From a virus (Duplodnaviria; Heunggongvirae; Uroviricota; Caudoviricetes), in the IMG/VR virus record IMGVR_UViG_3300031993_000049: a DNA stretch of 64,000 nucleotides, one strand, 5' to 3'. Each line of letters starts with the position of its first letter. Position 1 is the first letter of the stretch. Below the pieces are notes generated by a model. That model saw nothing but the letters and a program-made list of their open reading frames with translations. It was not told the origin of the DNA and made no database searches. Position numbers and translations under genes: made by a program. Below are positions 1 through 9,442 of this stretch, in pieces.

Positions 1-230
1 GAAAATGAAAATTTTTATCTGAAAAAGAATAATAATATTTTTGATGGAGATGACAAGAATGTGACCAAGAAGGTTTTGGATTTTATTATGGCTAATGAGG
101 CATTGATTTTAGATTATTTTTCATTCAATGTTTTTTTGAAACCATTAATTAAAAAACTAGGAAAGAAGTTATTTAATTATGGCATGATAACTGCTGATGA
201 TTGCTTGTATTATATAAATATTAGTTTGAG

Positions 231-632
231 ATGACACAGGAAGAAAAAGATTTATTGTTAAAAGACCTTTGTGCAAGGTTGCCATATGGTGTAATATGTG
301 ATAGATTAGAAAAGCCAAAGAAACTATTAGGGGTTTATCCAACTAAAAAATTCCCATTGGAGTTTGATAATGGGGAATATATGCCAAGTGACTATGAGTT
401 AGAGGACATTAAGCCATATCTTCGTCCAATGTCAAGTATGACTGAGGAAGAGAAAGAAGAGTATATTCATATTAAACAAGGGGAATGCAATGGCTGTGTT
501 CTTACAGGAAAAGGTGACCCAAATACAGAATTTTTATTGGTAGATTTTTTCAATACACACCATATAGATTATCGTGGTTTGATACCTATGGGACTTGCTC
601 TTCCTGCACCAGAAGGAATGTATAAAAATTAA
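231..632 (+). CDS. Family-A paralog (conserved blocks MTQEEKDLLLKDLCARLPYGV / KPYLRPMSSMTEEE / HHIDYRGLI..GLALPAPEGMYK), function unknown
   Basis: ATG ORF. Shares three conserved anchor blocks with the tandem array at 53608-55887. Confidence 0.8.
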   Translation: MTQEEKDLLLKDLCARLPYGVICDRLEKPKKLLGVYPTKKFPLEFDNGEYMPSDYELEDIKPYLRPMSSMTEEEKEEYIHIKQGECNGCVLTGKGDPNTEFLLVDFFNTHHIDYRGLIPMGLALPAPEGMYKN

Positions 633-643
633 AAAATTGGATT

Positions 644-928
644 ATGAAAGTATTTGGTTGTAGAATGCATGGAGGCTACAGAGGAGGTGTAATTCTTGTT
701 GCGGCCAATGATGTAAAGGAAGCATATATTACAGCATCAAAGAATAAAAAAATTAAATGGATGTTTGACTGCTATTCTGAAGATGGCATTTGGATTGACC
801 AAGATACACATCCTGATGTAATTCCTATATGTTATTTCTATCCTTTTAAAGAATGGCATGAGTATGAACATTTATCCACAGACTTTACAACACCTCATGT
901 AATTTTAGAAGAGAGTTATGTTGAATAA
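644..928 (+). CDS. hypothetical protein
   Basis: Co-oriented tightly packed ORF. No recognisable domain. Confidence 0.7.
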   Translation: MKVFGCRMHGGYRGGVILVAANDVKEAYITASKNKKIKWMFDCYSEDGIWIDQDTHPDVIPICYFYPFKEWHEYEHLSTDFTTPHVILEESYVE

Positions 929-1138
929 TTTCATCCTCCGCAATAGAATAATAAATAAAAACAATAAGAGTTAAACATCACGAAAAAGAAATATAATTAT
1001 GACACAAGAAGAAATTATTAGAAAAGAAGTCACCGAAGAAATTTATGCGTGGCTTAAAGGTTATGCCTGGGTTGATAGTGAAAGAGTAAACTATTCAACA
1101 CTTATGCACGATTTTTTTAAAGATTTTCGTAAATATAT

Positions 1139-1405
1139 GTGATTATGATTAAGAAAAGAAAAATAGTAAAAAATTACCATAAAAACGGTAGTGTTTCGTA
1201 CACAATCAAATACAGAGTATGGCCCTTCTGGTTCACAGAAGAAGAAGATATGGGCTATTATACCGTGGTTTGTAAGGAAATTGGAAACCTTAGTGACGCA
1301 ATCGCGATAATGGAACGATTGAATAAAAAAGAGGCTGAGTACGAGGCACAAAAAATCGTTAAAAGAGAACGAGTAACCATTAAAAAAGAAGACGTAAAAG
1401 TATGA
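1139..1405 (+). CDS. hypothetical protein (Lys/Glu-rich)
   Basis: + strand ORF in the gene train. A longer antisense ORF at 1091-1420 is judged spurious. Confidence 0.5.
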   Translation: MIMIKKRKIVKNYHKNGSVSYTIKYRVWPFWFTEEEDMGYYTVVCKEIGNLSDAIAIMERLNKKEAEYEAQKIVKRERVTIKKEDVKV

Positions 1406-1656
1406 AAACAAAAGAACCAAAATATAAAGTAGGGGATGTCGTTAAATATCAACGTGCATATGACGATGGTAACTCTTTTGGTATATTCCGAATAGACCGT
1501 ATTGAGAAAGACCAATATGGTAGGTTCGTTTATTATAGAGATTATTCAGAATCCGTTCATTGTTTTATCTATGATGAATATATCATTGGTAAGATGGACA
1601 ATGAAGAGGAGTATGAATTATATTTGAAACTAAAAGAAAAATACGGAGACTTGTAA
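1402..1656 (+). CDS. hypothetical small protein with KYKVGDVV motif (SH3/KOW-like)
   Basis: 4-nt overlap with upstream stop. The KVGD motif recurs in 7035 and in the 737-aa protein. Confidence 0.65.
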   Translation: MKTKEPKYKVGDVVKYQRAYDDGNSFGIFRIDRIEKDQYGRFVYYRDYSESVHCFIYDEYIIGKMDNEEEYELYLKLKEKYGDL

Positions 1657-1665
1657 TTATTAAAG

Positions 1666-1833
1666 ATGATCCATATGAAAACAAAAAGTAAACTCGGTCT
1701 GATTAATAAAATAAAACTTAATTGGTTTGGCATTTGTCCAGAATGTGGTGCCAATGTTACATCATCCTGGTACTCATTCTTGGATATGAAAGATGTGTGC
1801 AAATGTGATAAGTGTGGTTCTATGTATAAGTAA
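1666..1833 (+). CDS. small zinc-ribbon protein (CPECG...CKCDKCG)
   Basis: 55-aa ATG ORF filling the gap. Two CxxC pairs. Confidence 0.45.
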   Translation: MIHMKTKSKLGLINKIKLNWFGICPECGANVTSSWYSFLDMKDVCKCDKCGSMYK

Positions 1834-1842
1834 TTAGAAAAG

Positions 1843-2145
1843 ATGACGGTAAAAGAGAAAATAATTAAACGTCTTAACAAAGGTTTTGGGTTTGATATAC
1901 CATTGGATGCAAATTGGAAAACCCACGATGCCAGGGGATATTATCGAAGTGCTGGTGCACATTCGTGGTATTTTGTTGATACGAGATTACCACTCAATCA
2001 GCATATTGGAAGTGCAGATGCAGCGACGGAATGTCTCAAATGGAAACGTTGGCTTATTGACACGTCAGAACGAGAAATTTTCCAATACGTAGAAGGGGTA
2101 ACAACGTACGATAAGGAAAAAGATTTACTTGAAGAAATAGATTAA
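1843..2145 (+). CDS. hypothetical protein
   Basis: Co-oriented ORF. Confidence 0.7.
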   Translation: MTVKEKIIKRLNKGFGFDIPLDANWKTHDARGYYRSAGAHSWYFVDTRLPLNQHIGSADAATECLKWKRWLIDTSEREIFQYVEGVTTYDKEKDLLEEID

Positions 2146-2158
2146 TTTTTATATAATT

Positions 2159-2338
2159 ATGAAGGGTAAAACTTTAATAATGAAAAACTGCGGAGAAAAC
2201 TCCGAAGAATGGGAATATTTTGTTAAATCAAGAAACGCCCGTGGTAAAAAGGATTCATGGTGTAAAGCAGAAGCCAAACGCGCTTCTAGAAATATCCGTA
2301 GAAACAACAAAGTTAATTTAAACGATTATGGTAACTGA
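2159..2338 (+). CDS. small basic hypothetical protein
   Basis: 59-aa ATG ORF in the gap. Overlaps next start by 11 nt. Confidence 0.35.
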   Translation: MKGKTLIMKNCGENSEEWEYFVKSRNARGKKDSWCKAEAKRASRNIRRNNKVNLNDYGN

Positions 2339-2684
2339 AGATTATGTTAGCCTTGAAACAGCAAAAGTGCTGAAAGAAAAAGGTTTTGATAATAATGATG
2401 CTCAAGCATGGTATAATCCAAATTCTGATGATCCAAATTATCCATCACCTGTTGGATTAAAAGGATGTTTATCGGCAATCACTCTTCAAATGGCTAGAAA
2501 GTGGTTAAAGAAAGAACATAATTTGTTCATTGCTCCCCAAATTAGTAAATATTGCCAATATTATTGTTCGGTATTTGATTTAGAAAACGATGATTGGTGT
2601 TCTTGGGGTCTTGATGCAAAACTTTATGATACTGAAGAAGAAGCCATTGAAGAAACAATAAAAATCGCTTTAAAAAAAATTTAA
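2328..2684 (+). CDS. Family-B paralog (N-terminal YVSLETAKVLKEKGFD, central TLQMARKWL), function unknown
   Basis: Shares N-terminal and central motifs with 41925 and 42350. Confidence 0.75.
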   Translation: MVTEDYVSLETAKVLKEKGFDNNDAQAWYNPNSDDPNYPSPVGLKGCLSAITLQMARKWLKKEHNLFIAPQISKYCQYYCSVFDLENDDWCSWGLDAKLYDTEEEAIEETIKIALKKI

Positions 2685-2686
2685 TT

Positions 2687-3070
2687 ATGGTGACGAGTAT
2701 TGAACAAAGTAAAAAATTGATCGAGTTAGGTGTAGACCGCAAAACTTCAGATATGTGTTATCCGAAAGATGCATTTTCACCGCATTATGAGGAACCAAGA
2801 TGTGTTCGTTCACTTGCTGGCTTAGCCCTTTCAGCCTGGTCCCTGGATGCACTATTGAAACTAATGCCTAAATCAATAGATGATGGCCAAGTATATACTT
2901 TTTCATTGTTACCAACTTGGGATAAAACTTGGTGTGCGGTATATGGAACGGATGATTACGATGTAGCACACAGTGTGGAAGAAAAGGAGCCGCTTAATGC
3001 GGTTTATAAAATGTTACTTTGGGTAATTAAAAATGGATATTTAAAAGAAGAAGAAAATGACAAGAACTGA
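2687..3070 (+). CDS. Family-B-prime paralog (N-terminal SIEQSKKLIELGVD), function unknown
   Basis: N-terminus similar to 52932 (TIEQSKALLDAGLD). Adjacent to a Family-B gene, as at 41925/42350. Confidence 0.7.
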   Translation: MVTSIEQSKKLIELGVDRKTSDMCYPKDAFSPHYEEPRCVRSLAGLALSAWSLDALLKLMPKSIDDGQVYTFSLLPTWDKTWCAVYGTDDYDVAHSVEEKEPLNAVYKMLLWVIKNGYLKEEENDKN

Positions 3071-3290
3071 ATATTGGACCGCTATTGCAGCCCTGGGTGT
3101 TAAACCAGTTTATCATTTGACTGCCGATGTTTGGGAGTTTAAATATATGGATATGAACGGTGTATTTGTTAGCGCATTTGGTTCAACCATTGATGTTGCT
3201 GCTGAAAATTTTGGCGCTGCACTTCAAAACAAAGTTGAAGTATTAAGAAATAAAATTACAAAAAATGGAAAGTTTGAAAAAACGAGTTGA
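3057..3290 (+). CDS. hypothetical protein
   Basis: Co-oriented ORF. Confidence 0.6.
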   Translation: MTRTEYWTAIAALGVKPVYHLTADVWEFKYMDMNGVFVSAFGSTIDVAAENFGAALQNKVEVLRNKITKNGKFEKTS

Positions 3291-3456
3291 CGAAGTTTAT
3301 AAAGAATGGCTAGACTATAAAGTAAGATCCAAACAACGTGATATTCTTTATAAAGACAGTCTTGTTAAAAAAGCGTATAATGATTTATACATCAATTGGA
3401 ATGAAAGACATGCCGATTTCTTTATTTATGCTGTTGAAAAATTTATAAAACAATAA
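3265..3456 (+). CDS. hypothetical protein
   Basis: Co-oriented ORF. Confidence 0.5.
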   Translation: MESLKKRVDEVYKEWLDYKVRSKQRDILYKDSLVKKAYNDLYINWNERHADFFIYAVEKFIKQ

Positions 3457-3459
3457 TTT

Positions 3460-4191
3460 ATGGGAAGAGAATTAAGACGAGTGCCAATGGATTTTGATTG
3501 GCCGCAAGGACACATTTGGAAGGGTTATATCAATCCTTATCACGGAGTAAAATGCCCGTATTGTGAGCACGATGGTTGCAGTAACGGTGAAACTGTAGAG
3601 GCCCGCAAGTACGTAGATACTTTCTATGGTTTTGCAATGGGATATCGATACATTCCACATCCTTACATTCCAGGGCGTGATTACTGTCCGTATGCTAAAC
3701 CGTATAAGTGGGACCGTTGGGAATATGATTTCATTGTATCTAACCCAGAATTGTCAAAAAGTTTATTTGGTGATCAAGAGGTACCAGCGTTTGAGGATTT
3801 GAGAGAGTATTTCTTGACCCATGAATACCCAGTTGGGGTACCTTGTGAGATTCAATGGGCACTTACAAAGGAATACTGCAGACGTAACGGTTATGATTAT
3901 CAATGTCCGCATTGTGATGATGGTGTCGTATACATCAACGACGAGATAAAGAAACTACACGATGAGTGGGAGCCAGTGGATCCACCTGCAGGTGACGGTT
4001 ATCAGTTGTGGGAAACCACATCTGAAGGTAGCCCTAAGAGTCCAGTATTTGCTACCCTGGATGAACTTTGTGAGTGGTGTGAAACAAACGCAACCACGTT
4101 TGCTCATTTCAGAGCAACAAAGGAACAGTGGAAGAAAATGCTCGAAGATGACTTTGTTTACCACGAAGAAGGTAACGCAATATTTATTTGA
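3460..4191 (+). CDS. Cys/His-rich hypothetical protein (CPYCEHDGC, CPHCDDG)
   Basis: 243-aa ORF with several CxxC pairs. Confidence 0.8.
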   Translation: MGRELRRVPMDFDWPQGHIWKGYINPYHGVKCPYCEHDGCSNGETVEARKYVDTFYGFAMGYRYIPHPYIPGRDYCPYAKPYKWDRWEYDFIVSNPELSKSLFGDQEVPAFEDLREYFLTHEYPVGVPCEIQWALTKEYCRRNGYDYQCPHCDDGVVYINDEIKKLHDEWEPVDPPAGDGYQLWETTSEGSPKSPVFATLDELCEWCETNATTFAHFRATKEQWKKMLEDDFVYHEEGNAIFI

Positions 4192-4376
4192 TCATTATGA
4201 AAAAAACAGAATGGATTGAAGAACATAATGAAGAAATGAGACAATACGATAAGTCAATGCTGTCACATGATGATGGCACTGACTTACTCGCGGACTATGA
4301 AAGTAATCAATTCAAACATTGGGTTGAAGATAATAACGAAGATTGGTATGAACCAATGGGACATTTTAAAGATTAA
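4188..4376 (+). CDS. hypothetical protein
   Basis: 4-nt overlap with upstream stop. Confidence 0.6.
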   Translation: MIIMKKTEWIEEHNEEMRQYDKSMLSHDDGTDLLADYESNQFKHWVEDNNEDWYEPMGHFKD

Positions 4377-4381
4377 GAAGT

Positions 4382-4765
4382 ATGAAAAAAATAATGAAAA
4401 AACCTAACGACTTGAGTCGTTTAACTGTTAGTTATTTTACTGGCCAAGATGTAAAAAACAAATTTTATAGTCGGCAAATCGGATATGGTTCTTTTACGGT
4501 AGATAATATTCCACGGGAACTCAAAGACAAGAAGTGGGTTCCTGAGGATAATAAAAAATATGAATGTCATTGGTATTATACTAATCCAGCAGACCCTGCA
4601 GACCCAGGGGAAGATGTTTTGATATACATCGAAGAAATAGAAGAAGACGTAGCCGATAAAATGCGAACTGACTATATATCGAAAATAGATAAAATAGTAA
4701 ACAAATTATCATTAGATGATTTAAACGACTTATTAAAAGTTTTAAAAAGAAGATATTATATATGA
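4382..4765 (+). CDS. hypothetical protein
   Basis: Co-oriented ORF. Confidence 0.7.
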   Translation: MKKIMKKPNDLSRLTVSYFTGQDVKNKFYSRQIGYGSFTVDNIPRELKDKKWVPEDNKKYECHWYYTNPADPADPGEDVLIYIEEIEEDVADKMRTDYISKIDKIVNKLSLDDLNDLLKVLKRRYYI

Positions 4766-5268
4766 GAATAGCATTAGTAGCACACGATAGTAGAAAAAAG
4801 GAACTCGTTGAATGGGTTACCTATAATATGGAAGAGTTGAAGAAACACGAACTCTTCGCAACAGGTACAACTGGTAGATTACTCAAAGAAATTGAAGGTA
4901 AAATTAGATGGGAACCAACAGGAGGAAATGGTGATGGTTCAATATGGAGTAGATATTGCGAATATCCACTAGAGGATAAAGTTACCTGTTTGAAATCTGG
5001 ACCGCTTGGTGGCGATCAGGAAATTGGTGCAATGATTGCAGAAGGAAAACTAGATGTACTTATTTTCTTCTGTGATAACCTTATTCAACAAGGGCACCAA
5101 AATGATGTATCTGCATTAACAAGACTTGCGTCGCTTTATAATATTGCATTTGCAACAAACAGAACCACTGCCGATATGATCCTTACTTCATCATTATTCA
5201 ACAATGAAAAATACAAGAAGGTTATGCCTAATTGTATCCAGGAATACATTTCACGAAGTGTTTTCTAA
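4762..5268 (+). CDS. mgsA: methylglyoxal synthase
   Basis: IALVAHDSRK, HELFATGTTG, SGPLGGDQEIGAMIAEGKLDVLIFFCD, ATNRTTAD: near-complete match to MgsA motifs including the catalytic HD and GGDQ. One ~25-aa insertion. Confidence 0.8.
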   Translation: MRIALVAHDSRKKELVEWVTYNMEELKKHELFATGTTGRLLKEIEGKIRWEPTGGNGDGSIWSRYCEYPLEDKVTCLKSGPLGGDQEIGAMIAEGKLDVLIFFCDNLIQQGHQNDVSALTRLASLYNIAFATNRTTADMILTSSLFNNEKYKKVMPNCIQEYISRSVF

Positions 5269-5450
5269 TTTTTTTTATATATTTGTAATATGAATAATTT
5301 TAGATATACAGTAAAACTATGTAGCACAACAAATAAACCCGATTCAAACGGTAGGGTTTATCCGAAATCGGTAATAGAAGAAGCGATCGAAAAATACAAC
5401 GAAGAATTAAAAAACAATAAAAAAGAAAAAATATACGGAATTTTTTAAGT

Positions 5451-5633
5451 ATGATAACGTGTCAATTTAAAAAGGATGCAACAATTGATGAAGCAGTCAA
5501 TTTCTTGCACGAGCAAGCGAAAATTCAAAACGACATTTGCCGTGGACTATACGGCAATGTAATGTTCTATTCTACCGACGATTTCACAACTGCATGTGAA
5601 AGATTTTACGGGCATTATGGTGTAAATCAATGA
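5451..5633 (+). CDS. hypothetical protein
   Basis: Co-oriented ORF. Confidence 0.5.
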   Translation: MITCQFKKDATIDEAVNFLHEQAKIQNDICRGLYGNVMFYSTDDFTTACERFYGHYGVNQ

Positions 5634-5783
5634 CAGGAAAGAAGTATGAGGTATATGATAAAAGCGGTGGGTTACTGGCTTATGGCTGGCACTATGCACC
5701 TATTTCGTACAAAGCCCTGGAGAAGGAACTCAAGAGTAAAAACCCAGAGTCGGGTAAAATAATAATTGCAAAAATTTAAAGTT

Positions 5784-6845
5784 ATGGCAGTAAAAAGCGA
5801 TATATTAACAAACGACAACAAACACCTTTCCATTATGGAAAATGGTGACGGTATTGAAGTCGATAAATCTCTGTTGAAATACTCATCGATCAAAAAAGAA
5901 ATTGATGAGTTTAGAAAAGAACATTCTGGTGGTAATGCGTCTGAGTTCACTATTAACAATTCATTCGTAACGCCAGACGGAGTTAGTGACGCTTTCAAGG
6001 AGAAAGAGGAAATTAAGAATCTGGCTAAGAACTATGAGATTATCAAAGACAGTGATGTACACGGTGTAAACCTGTTTGTTAGCAAACACATTGCTAATAA
6101 TTTATTCTCATCTTTCAATGAGTTTGTTGTAACTAACAACGTTACCTGGAACGGTATTGGTAACGTTAACAACGCTCGTAATGTTGCGGACCAGAATGAG
6201 AAACCTGGTTTCTTCAAACGCCTTGCTGACCTGTTTAACTTTAAGTCAAAGGAAGCCGAGGAAATTTATACCTTGGACGTACTTGATTTCTTCTCCAATG
6301 TAAAGGGTCTCACCAAGGAGAATAAGGACCTGTATGTTAACCGTCTTACTGGTTACATTGTTGCTCTGAAGAACTGTGACGTTTCTGGCCAGGTAGCATT
6401 GAAGGAGAAACTTCTTCGTGATATGGTTGTTAACAAGTACGAGTCAGTTCTTTATGCTAACGGTATTTATTATGTAGTTACAGAAGATCAAATTGTTAAC
6501 TTCGTAAAGAAAACCCAGAAAGGTGTTCGTCTTACTTATGTTAAGAATTATCTTCGTGTAATTCCGCCTGAGGTGGTAGAGAAGATGAACAAGGCTAACG
6601 AACTTGAAATCTTTGATAATTACGCAATTCTGCATTATGATCCAGAAGCAAAGAGTTACGCTGAGACTATCAAAGAAACACAAAAACGTAGGGATCCTAT
6701 TCTATTTGGCTTGATTCGTGGGTCAAATAAACTATATTATATTACAGACTGGATTGACGAATACTGCGACTTGACGTTGGATAAATTCGTTGAGACTCTG
6801 CAGATTGACAAAGAAAATTTGAAGATTGAAAACATTAAAATGTAA
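5784..6845 (+). CDS. hypothetical protein (353 aa)
   Basis: ORF-track start 5766 is TTG. First in-frame ATG (MAVKSD) used. GC higher than flanks. Confidence 0.75.
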   Translation: MAVKSDILTNDNKHLSIMENGDGIEVDKSLLKYSSIKKEIDEFRKEHSGGNASEFTINNSFVTPDGVSDAFKEKEEIKNLAKNYEIIKDSDVHGVNLFVSKHIANNLFSSFNEFVVTNNVTWNGIGNVNNARNVADQNEKPGFFKRLADLFNFKSKEAEEIYTLDVLDFFSNVKGLTKENKDLYVNRLTGYIVALKNCDVSGQVALKEKLLRDMVVNKYESVLYANGIYYVVTEDQIVNFVKKTQKGVRLTYVKNYLRVIPPEVVEKMNKANELEIFDNYAILHYDPEAKSYAETIKETQKRRDPILFGLIRGSNKLYYITDWIDEYCDLTLDKFVETLQIDKENLKIENIKM

Positions 6846-6850
6846 TTATT

Positions 6851-7033
6851 ATGGAAAAATTAGTGAATTTAATTCTTGCGATTGGCATCGCACTGTTCAT
6901 TTTCATTTTGATTGGTGTAGTAATAGCCATTTTCTACTTCAGTAGAACATCAACAATGCTTGCACTCGGTCTTATGGGCGTGCTATTGTTTTGTTTCGTG
7001 GTATATCTTATTTACCAATCGCTAAAACGTTAA
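6851..7033 (+). CDS. small membrane protein (2 TM)
   Basis: Hydrophobic 60-aa ORF. Confidence 0.6.
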   Translation: MEKLVNLILAIGIALFIFILIGVVIAIFYFSRTSTMLALGLMGVLLFCFVVYLIYQSLKR

Positions 7034-7034
7034 A

Positions 7035-7256
7035 ATGGGAAAGAAAGAAGATTTCAAAGTTGGCGATATTGTTTGTTGGCAAGAGACACCAACATATATG
7101 GGTATTGGTAGAATAGATGGTTTATGTAAAACACAAGCCAGGATTGTACCTAAGAATATATATTTATATGAACCAGGCCAAGTGGTAATTTGGCGATCAT
7201 ATAAGAAACTTAAAATAATGAATGAAAATGATGTAAAACGTGAAGAAAGAAGTTAG
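7035..7256 (+). CDS. hypothetical small protein with FKVGDIV motif
   Basis: Co-oriented ORF. Confidence 0.6.
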   Translation: MGKKEDFKVGDIVCWQETPTYMGIGRIDGLCKTQARIVPKNIYLYEPGQVVIWRSYKKLKIMNENDVKREERS

Positions 7257-7824
7257 AGACATAATTAAAAAGTTGTTGGCTGGTAAGCAGCATGTAAAAA
7301 TTAGTGACGTACAAATATTAATGAAATGCTTGCTTGGTAATACTGGCCAATACGGTATTGCTGCGTCTGATATCATCGAACGCGCATTCAATGACGGTAT
7401 TATAACCGAAGATGATGTAATTACTTTGATTGAGGAAATGATTGACGATAACAACAATGACAGGATTACTTTTCCAACAATTCCAGTGGATCCAATTCAA
7501 ACACCTGTGAATCCATGGCGTGATAATATCACTGTAATGTATGGTGTGTCAATAGAGCCTTATACTTATGATAATAACAGCGTAACTGGTGTTCTTAACA
7601 GTGAGGATTCCAGTGCAATAACTGAGGCATACAACCAAGCGGATGTACAGACAGCACAATCACTTAGTGGTGCCCTGGATGATGAAGCAAGGCGTAAGGT
7701 AAAGTATGGTATTCCAAATTTCAATAAACAAGATAAGGAATACACACCGTACACACCGTTTTATGGGGAGAAGCCTAAGAAAAATAAAGTGAAAAAACCA
7801 AAATTAGGAAAAGGCGATGTATGA
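7240..7824 (+). CDS. hypothetical protein
   Basis: Co-oriented ORF. Followed by a 308-bp intergenic region. Confidence 0.7.
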   Translation: MKKEVRDIIKKLLAGKQHVKISDVQILMKCLLGNTGQYGIAASDIIERAFNDGIITEDDVITLIEEMIDDNNNDRITFPTIPVDPIQTPVNPWRDNITVMYGVSIEPYTYDNNSVTGVLNSEDSSAITEAYNQADVQTAQSLSGALDDEARRKVKYGIPNFNKQDKEYTPYTPFYGEKPKKNKVKKPKLGKGDV

Positions 7825-8009
7825 TTTTAAATATCTTGGTATAATCGATGGGGTTCCTACTGTAAGTTGTATGTTTTTGAAGCCTATTGATGAGATTGTT
7901 ATATATATGACAATTACTTCCTCAACAAATGGATAAACCAAAGAGTGTAGAGGATTAAGATTGCAATAACGAAACGTACATCGTAATCGTCAGCGGTATT
8001 ATTTATTAC

Positions 8010-8030
8010 TTCTAGAAACATATTCTAGAA
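8010..8030. promoter_or_regulatory. duplicated palindromic octamer TTCTAGAA-N5-TTCTAGAA (operator-like)
   Basis: Two copies of a self-complementary 8-mer 13 bp apart, in the 308-bp intergenic region. Confidence 0.4.
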
Positions 8031-8045
8031 TAAATACTGTTTTAA

Positions 8046-8078
8046 AATGGAAAGTGAGAAAACACCTTCCATTTTTTG
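8046..8078 (+). terminator. intrinsic terminator-like hairpin (AATGGAAAGTG/CACCTTCCATT) plus T6
   Basis: 11-bp stem with 1 mismatch, followed by TTTTTT, then TTGTAT boxes. Confidence 0.5.
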
Positions 8079-8132
8079 TATTTATATATGAGATATTTTT
8101 TGTATCTTTATAATAATGAAAATAAAAACTAA

Positions 8133-8786
8133 TTGAATATGAAACAAATTATAGACAACTTTGACTTAGTTCTTGAGAAGTTCTTTGATGAACCTTTAAC
8201 AGAAGATGAATTTTATTTTATTGACATAATACAACGAATAAAAGACGGTAATTTCAAAGGTAAAAAAACATTACATAAACTTATTGCTTATTACCCAATT
8301 ACAAGTAAACAGCAATTTATTGATTTGAAAGACGAATTGATTAGATTGAGTAGAGAAAATAATGCACGAGTATATTTTGATGTAAATAAACGAAGTTTTG
8401 CGCAAGTAAATAATTTTGTAACTTATATTGAAAATAAACATAAAAATAACGGGCATGTTCACAAATCAGCAAAAACTTTCCATTTGAAATTATCAGAACA
8501 TGACGAATTATTTTATCATGCTTGTGATTTTTTTGTTCCAGATACAGCAACAAAGTATCTTTTAGATCTCGACAATATTAAAATTGGTGACGAAAAATAT
8601 AACGAAATACTTTCATTTATAGGTGAAGATAATGTATTTCTTGCACTTCCAAGTAAAACTGGAACACATCTTGTGACTAAAAATGTTATAGATGAACACG
8701 AATTCAGAGAAAGATTTAAATTTGACATTAGTAAAACATGGCCGATTACCCTTTATTTTGAATGGGATGACGGTTTAAACGAATAA
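8133..8786 (+). CDS. paralog C1 (DNFDLVLEKFFDEPLTEDEFYF ... NNARVYFD..KRSF), function unknown
   Basis: Clear sequence similarity to 8798-9442 along the whole length. Confidence 0.8.
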   Translation: MNMKQIIDNFDLVLEKFFDEPLTEDEFYFIDIIQRIKDGNFKGKKTLHKLIAYYPITSKQQFIDLKDELIRLSRENNARVYFDVNKRSFAQVNNFVTYIENKHKNNGHVHKSAKTFHLKLSEHDELFYHACDFFVPDTATKYLLDLDNIKIGDEKYNEILSFIGEDNVFLALPSKTGTHLVTKNVIDEHEFRERFKFDISKTWPITLYFEWDDGLNE

Positions 8787-8797
8787 TAATAAACAAA

Positions 8798-9442
8798 ATG
8801 AAAAAAGTAGTAGACAATTTTGATCTATTTGGTCAAAAACTTTTCGAGAAAGAATTGAATGAGGATGAATTTTACTTCCTCCAGGTCCTTGTGCGTGGTA
8901 AAGACGGTAACGCTGTAAGCGGTAATAACAAGAACCGCCTGGTACGTTACTATACCATTACTAACAAAGATCAATTTTTTAGAATTAAGGATGAGGTTTT
9001 GGCATTGTGCCGAGTAAATAACGCACGTGCTTACATTCACCCAACTAAGCGTAGTTTCCAGGAAGTAGCAAACATTGTTTTGCAACTCACTGCTAAGACC
9101 TTTGTATCAAAGCAATGGAAGGGTCTTAAAAGCACGTATTCTACCGCTTGTGGACAAAGTTATATCACTGGTGATAAGAAGTTCATTGTGGACCTGGATG
9201 ACATTACAGATAAGGATGAGAAATTCAAGGAGATTGAAGAGTTCATCTTCAAACTTCGTGGACACGGTGGTGAGAACAGTGACAAGGTATTTATGAAGGT
9301 TCCAACAAAGAGTGGTTGGCACCTTATCACTTATCCGTTTGATCTTGGTACGTTCAGTGCTAAGTATCCAGACATTGATGTTCATAAGAACAATCCAACA
9401 TTACTTTATTACGAATGGGAGGTAGCAGATGAAAGCATTTAA
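8798..9442 (+). CDS. paralog C2, function unknown
   Basis: Tandem duplicate of 8133-8786. Confidence 0.8.
   Translation: MKKVVDNFDLFGQKLFEKELNEDEFYFLQVLVRGKDGNAVSGNNKNRLVRYYTITNKDQFFRIKDEVLALCRVNNARAYIHPTKRSFQEVANIVLQLTAKTFVSKQWKGLKSTYSTACGQSYITGDKKFIVDLDDITDKDEKFKEIEEFIFKLRGHGGENSDKVFMKVPTKSGWHLITYPFDLGTFSAKYPDIDVHKNNPTLLYYEWEVADESI

Noticed and set aside
1726-1745. GGTTTGGCATTTGTCC resembling the TGGCAC...TTGT element
   Set aside because: It lies inside a coding sequence, the spacing differs and there is no flanking conservation. It is coincidental.
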